Assembly (NCBI GenBank): GCA_036287865.1
Contig: CP126743.1
Coordinates: forward strand, 527,846 to 591,845
DNA length: 64,000 bases
Direction: 5' to 3'
Source of the DNA: Fluviibacter phosphoraccumulans EoVTN8
Lineage (GTDB): Bacteria; Pseudomonadota; Gammaproteobacteria; Burkholderiales; Rhodocyclaceae
The notes beneath the pieces were generated by a model. It saw nothing but the letters and a program-made list of their open reading frames with translations, had not been told where the DNA came from and did not search any database. A program made the translations under genes and the position numbers. How positions within the stretch are numbered: position 1 is the stretch's first letter; each line of letters begins with the position of its first letter. Shown one piece after another: positions 47,611 through 56,923 of the stretch.

Positions 47611-48750
47611 ATGGCAAAGCCTGTCGTTGGTCTGGTCGGTTGGCGCGGTATGGTGGGTTCGGTCCTCATGCAGCGCATGCAGGAAGAAAAAGACTTTGCT
47701 CACATCGAGCCAGTGTATTTCTCGACGTCGAATGCAGGCGGTGATGCGCCGGCTTTCGGTGGCGTGAGCTCGGGCGAGAAACTGCAAGACGCCAGCAACA
47801 TTGATGCACTCAAGAAGATGGACATCATCCTGACCTGTCAGGGTGGCGACTACACCAAAGAGGTTTATCCGAAGCTGCGCGCAGCCGGTTGGAACGGTCA
47901 CTGGATTGATGCTGCTTCGGCATTGCGTATGGCTGATGATGCCGTGATCGTACTCGACCTGGTGAACCGCGATGTGATCGATGCCTCGCTGGGCAAGGGC
48001 GGTAAAAACTGGATCGGCGGTAACTGCACCGTGTCACTGATGCTGATGGGTCTGGGTGGTCTGTTCGAACACAAGCTGATCGACTGGGTATCGTCGATGA
48101 CTTATCAGGCAGCCTCGGGTGCTGGTGCACAGAACATGTGCGAACTGATTGCTCAAATGGGCACCATCCACGCATCGGTGGTAGATCTGCTGAATGACCC
48201 GAAGTCGGCCATTCTGGAGATCGACCGTAAGGTTGCCGAAACGATCCGTTCGGATGCTTTCCCGAAGAAGAACTTCCGCAACACACCGCTGGCCGGTTCG
48301 TTGATTCCATGGATCGATGTGCCTGTTGAGCATGGCCAGTCGAAGGAAGAATGGAAAGGCGGCGCCGAGTGCAACAAGATCCTCGGTAACCCCGCGTTCC
48401 GTTCGCCAGGCTCGATTCCGATCGATGGCCTGTGTGTGCGTATCGGCGCCATGCGTTGTCACTCGCAAGCACTCACCATCAAGCTCAAGAAAGATGTGCC
48501 GCTGGACGAAGTGAGAGACATTCTGGCCAAGGCCAATGATTGGGTGAAAGTGGTGCCGAATGAACGTGAGCTGAGCGAACGTGACCTGACACCTGCTGCC
48601 GTGACCGGTACGCTGACGGTGCCCGTGGGCCGACTGCACAAGATGGCAATGGGTCCGGATTATCTGGCTGCGTTCACCTGTGGTGACCAGTTGCTTTGGG
48701 GTGCGGCCGAGCCGCTGCGTCGTATGCTACGCATTCTGGTAGAAGCTTAA
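47611..48750 (+). CDS. asd: Aspartate-semialdehyde dehydrogenase
   Basis: [47 protein letters not shown]. Confidence 0.97.
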   Translation: MAKPVVGLVGWRGMVGSVLMQRMQEEKDFAHIEPVYFSTSNAGGDAPAFGGVSSGEKLQDASNIDALKKMDIILTCQGGDYTKEVYPKLRAAGWNGHWIDAASALRMADDAVIVLDLVNRDVIDASLGKGGKNWIGGNCTVSLMLMGLGGLFEHKLIDWVSSMTYQAASGAGAQNMCELIAQMGTIHASVVDLLNDPKSAILEIDRKVAETIRSDAFPKKNFRNTPLAGSLIPWIDVPVEHGQSKEEWKGGAECNKILGNPAFRSPGSIPIDGLCVRIGAMRCHSQALTIKLKKDVPLDEVRDILAKANDWVKVVPNERELSERDLTPAAVTGTLTVPVGRLHKMAMGPDYLAAFTCGDQLLWGAAEPLRRMLRILVEA

Positions 48751-48762
48751 TTAATTAAGTGG

Positions 48763-48796
48763 ACGCCCCGTCTGGCTTTGCGGCCGGGCGGGGCGT
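48763..48796. terminator. Strong GC hairpin after asd
   Basis: ACGCCCCGTCTGGC-TTTGCG-GCCGGGCGGGGCGT; no clear U-tract. Confidence 0.5.
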
Positions 48797-48818
48797 TGTC
48801 GTTAAGGCGAGTAATTAG

Positions 48819-49052
48819 ATGAATATTCCTGATTGGGTCTGGGTGGTTGGTAGCCTGACACTGTTGTTGCTGGGATTGCAGCTGGGGGTTAGCCTCGGTC
48901 GCGCTGGAGAAAAGGCGCGGCAGAATGAGCATGCAAAACCAGATCATGACGATCAGCCACGCGTTAAACCCCAGCCTAAGGTCAACTGGGGTTCGATAGA
49001 TCTGGATCTGTCTTCCCCGCCTAAAGACAAAACACCGGACACCGATCGCTAA
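48819..49052 (+). CDS. Small single-pass membrane protein at the usual fimV position
   Basis: 77 aa, N-terminal TM helix, charged tail containing SIDLDL. Confidence 0.55.
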   Translation: MNIPDWVWVVGSLTLLLLGLQLGVSLGRAGEKARQNEHAKPDHDDQPRVKPQPKVNWGSIDLDLSSPPKDKTPDTDR

Positions 49053-49054
49053 AA

Positions 49055-49708
49055 ATGTTCACTGGCCAGACTGCTTCGTCGACGCGTATCTCGCCTGCGA
49101 TCAAGTTGATCTCCGTATTTGCTGTTGCCATCGCCTTGCAGTCTGTTTTGGGTTTGCCGTTAGCGGCAGCTTTGTGTCTTTGGGCGCTAGCACGCCATCG
49201 CGTCCGGTTTTTCAAGTTGCTACGTTGGGTTCGCTTATTGATAGTTGTCCTTTTTATGGTCACGTTACTCATGACGCCGGGTGCTGCGTTATGGCCCGAA
49301 TGGGGTTTATATCCCACTGAAGAGGGGATGCTGCTCGGGGTGACACAGCTATTCCGATTAGTGGGTATGCTAGCCGTCGTCAGCCTGTTGCTAGATACCA
49401 CAGACGATCGTAGTCTCGCTGCCGGGTCACTTTCATTGTTGCAGCCTCTGGCGGGTAAACGACAGTGGCCGGAACGTGCTGTGGCGCGCTTGTTGCTGGT
49501 GTTTCATTATCTGGAAACGGCGCCCAAGCCACGCAACCTGCATGATGTATTGGCGTTGGCGGGCGCAGATCTGTCTGTTTCTACTGTAGTGGATGCGCCT
49601 GACGTACTTGAGTTAGAGGTAGTGCCTTTGTCCGTCCGTGACCTGGTGTTGGCCGGTCTGATGCTGGGTGCTGCTTTCCTAAGCCTTGCCTGGGGGAGTG
49701 TTGCATGA
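49055..49708 (+). CDS. CbiQ/EcfT-like transmembrane protein
   Basis: Hydrophobic ORF with TPGAALWP, ERAVARLLLVFHY; sits before truA as in related betaproteobacteria. Confidence 0.65.
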   Translation: MFTGQTASSTRISPAIKLISVFAVAIALQSVLGLPLAAALCLWALARHRVRFFKLLRWVRLLIVVLFMVTLLMTPGAALWPEWGLYPTEEGMLLGVTQLFRLVGMLAVVSLLLDTTDDRSLAAGSLSLLQPLAGKRQWPERAVARLLLVFHYLETAPKPRNLHDVLALAGADLSVSTVVDAPDVLELEVVPLSVRDLVLAGLMLGAAFLSLAWGSVA

Positions 49709-50547
49709 CACAGCAGCGCTGGGCATTAGGTATTGAATATAATGGCGCCGCGTTTCATGGTTGGCAAGCGCAAGCACCGACGACGCAAGTTGTTAATGGG
49801 TTGCCTGTAGGATCAACCCTACCCACCATTCAGGGTGCGCTGGAATCGGCCATGTCACAGATTGCCGATGCACCGGTGCAGATTGTTTGTGCAGGCCGTA
49901 CCGATGCGGGCGTGCACGCCACCGGGCAGGTGATCCATTTCGATGCACCGGTCGAGCGGCCCGATTCGGCCTGGGTGAGAGGCGTCAATGCGCTATTACC
50001 CGATAGTTGTGCCGTGCGCTGGGCACAATCGGTAGCGGAAGATTTTCATGCGCGGTTTAGTGCAACAGGGCGGCGTTACCGCTACATTCTGCTCAATCGA
50101 CCTGAGCGGGCAGCAATTTTCGCTGGCCGTGCCGGCTGGTTCCATCGACCATTGGATGTGGCGTCGATGGCTGTTGCTGCCCGATCGATTCTTGGGACGC
50201 ATGATTTCAGTGCGTTTAGAGCGGCTGAGTGTCAGGCAAATAGCCCCATCCGTACGCTAACCGAAGCTCGTGTAAGCCGTCAGGGCGATTGGGTGGTCTT
50301 TGATTTTGCGGCGAACGCATTTTTACAGCACATGATTCGTAATCTGGTGGGGGCATTGGTCTATGTGGGTAAAGGTGCCGAACCCGTGACACTCACGACA
50401 ACCTTGTTGGCGCAAAAGGACCGCAAGCTGGCACCACCGACATTTATGCCGGATGGCCTGTATCTCACCGCAGTCGATTATGATGCGGTATGGGAGTTGC
50501 CATCTGCCGGACAGAAGGGTGATCCACTTCAGGTTTTTAATTTCTGA
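49705..50547 (+). CDS. truA: tRNA pseudouridine(38-40) synthase
   Basis: [47 protein letters not shown]. Confidence 0.96.
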   Translation: MTQQRWALGIEYNGAAFHGWQAQAPTTQVVNGLPVGSTLPTIQGALESAMSQIADAPVQIVCAGRTDAGVHATGQVIHFDAPVERPDSAWVRGVNALLPDSCAVRWAQSVAEDFHARFSATGRRYRYILLNRPERAAIFAGRAGWFHRPLDVASMAVAARSILGTHDFSAFRAAECQANSPIRTLTEARVSRQGDWVVFDFAANAFLQHMIRNLVGALVYVGKGAEPVTLTTTLLAQKDRKLAPPTFMPDGLYLTAVDYDAVWELPSAGQKGDPLQVFNF

Positions 50548-50560
50548 TGATCGTTATTTC

Positions 50561-51187
50561 ATGACACTGCACGCTCAACCCCGCATTAAAGTTTGTGGCC
50601 TGACCCGCGTTGAAGATGTGCAAGCGGCTGTATCGGCAGGCGTTGATGCAATTGGCCTGGTTTTTTATGCCGACAGTCCGCGACACGTCACTATTAAGCA
50701 GGCTAAAACCCTGGCCAGGGCGATTCCACCCTTTGTGACCATTGTCGGTTTGTTTGTAAATGCATCCAGAGCAGAAGTTAACCGCGTGATCGAAGAAGTT
50801 CCGCTCAATTTGTTGCAGTTTCACGGTGATGAGACTGTTGATCAGTGCGAGGGATTTGGCTTGCCGTATCTGCGCGCTGCGCGCGTTCGGCCAGGGGTCG
50901 ATCTGTTAGAATTCGCGATGCAATTTCCCACGGCACATGCCCTGTTGCTCGATACCTGGACCCCGGCTTATGGCGGGAGCGGGGAATCGTTTGATTGGTC
51001 GCTAGTTCCGTCTTCGTGCCCCTTGCCAGTGATTCTTTCCGGTGGGCTGAATCCATACAATGTGGCTGAGGCCATACGTCAGGTTCGCCCCGTGGCGGTT
51101 GACGTGTCTTCCGGGGTAGAAAGTGCTAAAGGCATTAAAGATGCCGACAAAATTCGAGCTTTCGTCCATGCCGTTCGTGGCCAGTGA
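50561..51187 (+). CDS. trpF: Phosphoribosylanthranilate isomerase
   Basis: [38 protein letters not shown]. Confidence 0.96.
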   Translation: MTLHAQPRIKVCGLTRVEDVQAAVSAGVDAIGLVFYADSPRHVTIKQAKTLARAIPPFVTIVGLFVNASRAEVNRVIEEVPLNLLQFHGDETVDQCEGFGLPYLRAARVRPGVDLLEFAMQFPTAHALLLDTWTPAYGGSGESFDWSLVPSSCPLPVILSGGLNPYNVAEAIRQVRPVAVDVSSGVESAKGIKDADKIRAFVHAVRGQ

Positions 51188-51223
51188 TGAAAGATGTCTC
51201 ACAGTAGTCAGGATATTTGCTTC

Positions 51224-52498
51224 ATGAAACCCTACGATTTGCCAGATAACCGCGGTCACTTTGGTCCCTACGGCGGATCTTTCGTGTCAGAAACGCTGGT
51301 GGCGGCGCTCGAAGAACTCAAGCATGCCTACGCGCACTACAGCCGCGATCTGGAATTTATTGCCGAGTTCGAGAGTGAACTGAAGCACTTCGTAGGTCGA
51401 CCCAGTCCGATTTATCACGCCAAGCGCTGGAGTGAGCTGCTGGGCGGGGCGCAGATTTATCTGAAGCGTGAAGATCTCAATTACACCGGTGCTCACAAGA
51501 TTAACAACACCATTGGTCAGGCTTTATTGGCACACCGTATGGGCAAGAAGCGCGTTATTGCCGAAACCGGGGCTGGTCAGCATGGGGTTGCATCGGCAAC
51601 TGTAGCCGCCCGCTTCGGCATGAAGTGTGTGGTCTACATGGGTGCAGAAGACGTGGGTCGCCAGTCGGCCAACGTGTATCGCATGAAGCTGCTGGGTGCC
51701 GAAGTAGTGCCCGTTGAAAGCGGTTCGCGCACGCTGAAGGATGCACTGAATGAAGCGATGCGTGATTGGGTCACCAACGTTGAAGACACCTTCTACATCA
51801 TTGGCACCGTGGCGGGCCCGCATCCGTATCCGATGATGGTGCGTGATTTCAGTTCAGTGGTCGGCAAAGAGTGTGTGAAGCAGATGCCTGATATGGTTGG
51901 CCGTCAGCCCGATGCGGTGATTGCCTGTGTGGGTGGTGGTTCCAATGCCATGGGTGTTTTCTACGACTACATTCCGCACGAATACGTTAAATTGATCGGC
52001 GTAGAGGCGGCCGGTGATGGTATCGATACGCCACGTCACGCTGCATCACTACAGCTGGGCAAGCCTGGTGTACTGCATGGCAACCGCACTTATCTGTTGC
52101 AGGATGATAATGGTCAGATCATTGAAACGCATTCTGTTTCGGCGGGTCTGGATTATCCGGGTGTGGGGCCGGAGCATGCCTGGCTGAAGGATAGTGGCCG
52201 TGCCGAGTACGTGGGTGCTACCGATAAAGAAGCGTTGCAGGCTTTCCATGATTTGTGTCGTATCGAAGGCATTATTCCTGCGCTAGAGTCCAGTCATGCA
52301 CTAGCCTACGCCGCAAAGCTGGCGCCAACATTGCCTAAGGACAAGATCCTGCTGGTCAATCTGTCTGGTCGTGGTGATAAGGATCTGCATATCGTTTCTG
52401 AAGCCAGTGGCATGGAGTTTTATTGCCGTCAGAGCTGCCGTACGGCATTTGCAAAAGCCGGTATGCGCGTTAACGACAGCAATGCGGAGACCAGGTAA
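51224..52498 (+). CDS. trpB: Tryptophan synthase beta chain
   Basis: [45 protein letters not shown]. Confidence 0.97.
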   Translation: MKPYDLPDNRGHFGPYGGSFVSETLVAALEELKHAYAHYSRDLEFIAEFESELKHFVGRPSPIYHAKRWSELLGGAQIYLKREDLNYTGAHKINNTIGQALLAHRMGKKRVIAETGAGQHGVASATVAARFGMKCVVYMGAEDVGRQSANVYRMKLLGAEVVPVESGSRTLKDALNEAMRDWVTNVEDTFYIIGTVAGPHPYPMMVRDFSSVVGKECVKQMPDMVGRQPDAVIACVGGGSNAMGVFYDYIPHEYVKLIGVEAAGDGIDTPRHAASLQLGKPGVLHGNRTYLLQDDNGQIIETHSVSAGLDYPGVGPEHAWLKDSGRAEYVGATDKEALQAFHDLCRIEGIIPALESSHALAYAAKLAPTLPKDKILLVNLSGRGDKDLHIVSEASGMEFYCRQSCRTAFAKAGMRVNDSNAETR

Positions 52499-53310
52499 TG
52501 GGACGTATTACCGATACATTTGCCGCTCTGGCCGCACAAGGTAAAAAAGGCCTGATCCCATACATCATGGCAGGTGACCCTGCGCCGGCGCTAACCGTTG
52601 ATCTGATGCATGCACTGGTTGAAGGCGGCGCCGATGTCATTGAACTCGGTGTGCCTTTCTCTGATCCGATGGCCGATGGCCCGGTGATTCAACGTGTGGC
52701 CGAGCGTGCGATTGCGCAGGGTGTGGGTATGCGCCAGACACTGGCGATGGTGGCTGAATTCCGCAAGAAGGATCAGACGACGCCGATTGTCTTGATGGGC
52801 TACGCCAATCCGATTGAGTGCATTGGTCAGGCTGCCTTTGTTGAAATGGCAAAGGCGGTGGGGGTGGATGGGGTATTGGTAGTGGATTATCCGCCGGAAG
52901 AGTCGGAAGACTTTGCCAAGCAGTTACGCGCCGTCGATATGAATCCGATTTATCTGCTCGCGCCAACATCCACCGAAGAACGTATTGCGGCAGTGGCTAA
53001 GGTGGCTAGTGGCTATCTTTACTATGTGTCGTTGAAGGGTGTAACAGGTGCGGGTCACCTGGATCTGCATGAAGTGTCGCAGCGCATTCCGCAAATTCGT
53101 CAGCGCACTGGTTTGCCGGTGGGCGTGGGTTTTGGTATTCGTGATGCCAGCACAGCAGAACGACTGGCAGGTATGGCCGATGCCGTTGTGGTTGGCAGTC
53201 GTTTGATCGATGCCATTACCAGTGTGCCGAAGCGTGAAGCGCGTGCCGCTTTGCTGGCGGTGATGAAAGATATTCGTGCCGGCGTTGATAAAGCCGCCGC
53301 TAAACAATAA
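52498..53310 (+). CDS. trpA: Tryptophan synthase alpha chain
   Basis: [35 protein letters not shown]. Confidence 0.96.
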   Translation: MGRITDTFAALAAQGKKGLIPYIMAGDPAPALTVDLMHALVEGGADVIELGVPFSDPMADGPVIQRVAERAIAQGVGMRQTLAMVAEFRKKDQTTPIVLMGYANPIECIGQAAFVEMAKAVGVDGVLVVDYPPEESEDFAKQLRAVDMNPIYLLAPTSTEERIAAVAKVASGYLYYVSLKGVTGAGHLDLHEVSQRIPQIRQRTGLPVGVGFGIRDASTAERLAGMADAVVVGSRLIDAITSVPKREARAALLAVMKDIRAGVDKAAAKQ

Positions 53311-53333
53311 TTAACGTTTATTAGGAGCATGCG

Positions 53334-54200
53334 ATGAATTGGGTTAACAAACTGCTGCCCCCCAAGATCAAACGCGCGGATGGTCAGCGTAAGAGCGCCT
53401 TGCCAGAAGGCTTATGGTGCAAGTGCCCGAATTGCGAAGCGGTTCTGTATACGGCAGACCTTGAGGCCAACATGCAGGTGTGCCCGAAGTGCGAGCATCA
53501 TCATCGCGTTAAGGTCCGTGCCCGTCTGGACATGCTGATGGACGCCCATGGCCGTAAAGAAATCGGTGCAGAAGTGCGTCCGAAAGATGCGCTGAAGTTT
53601 GTAGATAGCCGTCCGTACCCGGTGCGTGTTGAAGAAGCGCAGAAGCAGACGAGCGAAACCGATTCGCTGGTCGTGATGCAGGGCACGATTGAAGCGGAAC
53701 CGGCCGTAGTTGCCTGTTTCGAATTCGAATTTATGGGTGGTTCGATGGGCTCGGTATTGGGTGAGCGTTTTGTGCGCGGCGTACGTGCTGCCATCGAAAA
53801 CAAGTGTGGTTTTGTCTGTATCACTGCTTCGGGCGGTGCCCGTATACAGGAAGGTTTATTCTCGCTGATGCAGATGGCCAAGACAACCGCGTCGATTTCT
53901 GAGTTGGCGCGCCATGGCTTGCCGTTTATCACCGTGTTGACCGATCCGACTATGGGCGGCGTTTCTGCCTCATTCGCCTTTGTGGGTGATGTCGTTATCG
54001 CCGAGCCGAATGCGCTGGTAGGTTTCGCGGGTCCACGCGTGATCGAACAGACAGTTCGTGAAAAGTTGCCAGAAGGCTTCCAGCGTGCCGAGTTCCTTCT
54101 CGACAAGGGTGCCATCGATATGATCGTTCATCGCAAATCGCTGCGTGATGAATTGTCTTCGCTGCTGCGTATTCTGCGTAAGGAACCGGTGAGCTCCTGA
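53334..54200 (+). CDS. accD: Acetyl-CoA carboxylase carboxyltransferase beta subunit
   Basis: Zn finger WCKCPNC...VCPKC, FMGGSMG, PTMGGVSASFA, GFAGPRVIEQT, GFQRAEFL. Confidence 0.96.
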   Translation: MNWVNKLLPPKIKRADGQRKSALPEGLWCKCPNCEAVLYTADLEANMQVCPKCEHHHRVKVRARLDMLMDAHGRKEIGAEVRPKDALKFVDSRPYPVRVEEAQKQTSETDSLVVMQGTIEAEPAVVACFEFEFMGGSMGSVLGERFVRGVRAAIENKCGFVCITASGGARIQEGLFSLMQMAKTTASISELARHGLPFITVLTDPTMGGVSASFAFVGDVVIAEPNALVGFAGPRVIEQTVREKLPEGFQRAEFLLDKGAIDMIVHRKSLRDELSSLLRILRKEPVSS

Positions 54201-54219
54201 GCTTCTCCTTAAGGCAAGC

Positions 54220-55560
54220 ATGCAAACTCTGGATCAGTGGCTGGCCCAAATAGAGGCCATGCACCCCCGTGGCATTGCCGGCATCGAGCTGGGCCTGGAT
54301 CGGGTTAAAGCTGTTAGTGAGCAATTGGGCCAGCAAGCGTCGCTCACCGCCGCCGGAATACCCATTATCATGGTGGCGGGCACCAACGGCAAAGGATCGG
54401 TCGTCGCCTATCTGTCAAACATGCTCGATCGGGCCAGTTACAAAGTCGGCACGTATACTAGCCCGCACTTGATTCATTTCAATGAACGTATCCGCATCAA
54501 TGGAGTATCCGCCCCGGATGAGGCGCTGATTCCAGCTTTTGAGCAGGTCGAAACTGCCCGCAAGTCGGTGGGTGTCGATCTCACTTACTTCGAGTTCACA
54601 ACGCTGGCTGCGATGCAGGTGTTCCTAATGGCACAGGTAGATGCGCTGGTGCTGGAAGTTGGGCTGGGTGGTCGACTGGATGCCGTTAACATTTATGAGC
54701 CCGATGTATCGGTAGTCACGGGCGTTGCGATAGATCATCAGGACTATCTGGGTGATACCCGCGAAGCAATCGCGCTTGAAAAAATTGGTATTGCCCGTGC
54801 TGGCAAGCCGATCGTGATTGCCGAGCCTGATATGCCGTTGCCTGCGCTCAAACAGTTGGCCGCAGCAGGCGCCAAGGTTTACCTGATTGGCGAAGCCTTT
54901 GGTTTCGAGCCGTTGCTCGGAGAAGAGGGTAAGCCCAGCATTCAGTGGCGTTACTGGCTACGACAGCCGGGTACCAGACCAGAGGATATGCAGCGGCGGG
55001 GTGGTTTGGCCTATCCCGGGTTGCGCGGGAAGATTCAGTTGCTGAATGCGGCTACGGCCATGACGGCGATCGATTGCCTGCAGGATCGTCTGCCTATTGC
55101 CATGGGTGCCGTACGCCGTGGCCTCCTGGAAACCGAATTGGCAGGGCGCTTTCAGGTCATTCCGGGACCCCCTGATCTGCTACTCGATGTGGCCCATAAT
55201 CCGGATGCAGCCAAGGTATTGGCCAATAACCTGAGTCATTTACCCTTTGTCCACACGCAACACGGGGTAGTGGGCATGATGGCTGATAAAGACATGGTGG
55301 GGGTGCTAACCCCGTTGGTCAAAGCGATTACCCGCTGGTACCTCACGCCGCTCGACAATCCCCGCGCGGCCTCCGTGGCGCAGTTGCGCGAGATCTTGTG
55401 CAGCCTCGGTGTTAAAGACAGCTTGATCGAAAGCCACGAAAATCCTCGAAGCGCGTATGCTGCAGCACGAAAAAACGCGACTGAGAGTGATAGAATTGTG
55501 GCCTTCGGTTCTTTCCTCACAGTAGCGGATGTCCTCAGGGACTTGGGCAGAACGGCATGA
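54220..55560 (+). CDS. folC: Bifunctional folylpolyglutamate synthase/dihydrofolate synthase
   Basis: AGTNGKGS, YTSPHL, TYFEFTT, LEVGLGGRLDAVN, DVAHNP, FGSF. Confidence 0.95.
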   Translation: MQTLDQWLAQIEAMHPRGIAGIELGLDRVKAVSEQLGQQASLTAAGIPIIMVAGTNGKGSVVAYLSNMLDRASYKVGTYTSPHLIHFNERIRINGVSAPDEALIPAFEQVETARKSVGVDLTYFEFTTLAAMQVFLMAQVDALVLEVGLGGRLDAVNIYEPDVSVVTGVAIDHQDYLGDTREAIALEKIGIARAGKPIVIAEPDMPLPALKQLAAAGAKVYLIGEAFGFEPLLGEEGKPSIQWRYWLRQPGTRPEDMQRRGGLAYPGLRGKIQLLNAATAMTAIDCLQDRLPIAMGAVRRGLLETELAGRFQVIPGPPDLLLDVAHNPDAAKVLANNLSHLPFVHTQHGVVGMMADKDMVGVLTPLVKAITRWYLTPLDNPRAASVAQLREILCSLGVKDSLIESHENPRSAYAAARKNATESDRIVAFGSFLTVADVLRDLGRTA

Positions 55561-56309
55561 AGCCAGATACTCTAGAATCAGATAGCCAGCAGGACCTTAA
55601 AAGACGCGCCCGTCGCCGTCTGTTAGGGGCTGCTTTTTTTGTCATTATCGTGGCAGCGGTATTGCCGATGGTGATGGATACGGCACCACCGCCACAACTG
55701 AATGACTTCCGCATTGTGACCGAAGCCGAGAAACAGGCGGCAGCAGCCCCTGTGATTGTGCCGCCAGCTGAAGCGGTACCCGCTAGCGCTGCACCTGCAG
55801 CCCCCAGCGAGATTAAAGAAGCTCCGGCAGAGAGCAAGCCTGCTGAGCCTGCAACGTCACCCACCCCTGTGGCTGCACCCGTTGATGCCAAGCCTGTGGT
55901 CGTTGCATCGGCGCCAGAAGCCAAGCCTGAACCAGACAAACCGGTAGAGAAACCGGTTGAAAAGCCTGTCGAGAAAAAAGTCGCTGAAAAGCCTGCTGAA
56001 AAATCAGCGGATAAGAAGCCAGCTGACAAACCGTCTGATGCAAAGAAAGACGCTAAAGACAGTAAAGAGCCAGTCCAGGCCGGCCATTATTACATTCAGG
56101 TCGGCGTGTTTGCCGATGCCGACAACGTGAAGCAAGTGCGTAGCAAACTGAACGGGCAGGGGATTTCCAGTTGGACAGAAGCGGCTACGGGTAACCTCGC
56201 GGGTAAGACACGCGTTAAGGCCGGCCCGTTTTCTAGCAAAGAGGCGGCAGACAAAGCCTTGGCAAAAATTAGTAAGGCCGGTTTGAATGGCCTCGTTGTT
56301 AAAAAATGA
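55557..56309 (+). CDS. dedD: SPOR-domain cell division protein DedD-like
   Basis: RARRRLLGA TM segment, Pro/Ala/Lys-rich linker, SPOR domain YIQVGVF...RVKAGPF. Confidence 0.85.
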   Translation: MKPDTLESDSQQDLKRRARRRLLGAAFFVIIVAAVLPMVMDTAPPPQLNDFRIVTEAEKQAAAAPVIVPPAEAVPASAAPAAPSEIKEAPAESKPAEPATSPTPVAAPVDAKPVVVASAPEAKPEPDKPVEKPVEKPVEKKVAEKPAEKSADKKPADKPSDAKKDAKDSKEPVQAGHYYIQVGVFADADNVKQVRSKLNGQGISSWTEAATGNLAGKTRVKAGPFSSKEAADKALAKISKAGLNGLVVKK

Positions 56310-56339
56310 TCCTGAGCTTAACCGGGCGCCATAGGTGAT

Positions 56340-56912
56340 ATGACCGGTTTTGATTACGCCGTTATCGCCATATTGGCCGCCTCGGTACTTTTGGGTGCCT
56401 GGCGCGGCATGGTGAGCGAGGTGATGTCGCTCGGTGCCTGGGTGGTTGCCTTTCTGGTCGCACGCGAACGGGGTGAGACTGTGGGCACGCAGTTGCTGGC
56501 CCCTTATCTGACTGTCACCTTCTGGCAGATTGCCGGGGGGTGGGTTCTGCTCTTCATTGCATCGATTTTGTCGGTATCGATTTTCCGGGCGCTGATTCGC
56601 AAAACGATTCATGCCATTGGCCTGGGTTTCTTCGATCGTACGTTGGGTATGGCTTTTGGTGTGGCACGCGGCACACTGTTGGTGTTGCTATTGGTCGCTA
56701 TTGGCGGCATGACCCATCTGCCGGAAGGGCCATGGTGGCGTCAGGCGCGTCTTGCGCCGTTGACTGAGCAGGGCGTTAATTACATCAAACCCTGGTTGCC
56801 CAATGATCTGGCCAAGCACATTGCTTATGCCGACACGCTCAGCCAGATGGCACCACAACTTGCCCCGCAGCTGGTTCCCCAGCTGCTACCCCAGAATCCA
56901 CTTTCTAAGTAA
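56340..56912 (+). CDS. cvpA: CvpA (colicin V production) family protein
   Basis: MTGFDYAVI, GAWRGMVSE, DRTLGMAFGVARG; precedes purF. Confidence 0.9.
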   Translation: MTGFDYAVIAILAASVLLGAWRGMVSEVMSLGAWVVAFLVARERGETVGTQLLAPYLTVTFWQIAGGWVLLFIASILSVSIFRALIRKTIHAIGLGFFDRTLGMAFGVARGTLLVLLLVAIGGMTHLPEGPWWRQARLAPLTEQGVNYIKPWLPNDLAKHIAYADTLSQMAPQLAPQLVPQLLPQNPLSK

Positions 56913-56923
56913 TCGAGACTAGC

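Noticed and set aside
55935-56065. KPVE/KPAE repeats in dedD as a special repeat element
   Set aside because: Ordinary low-complexity linker typical of SPOR-domain proteins.
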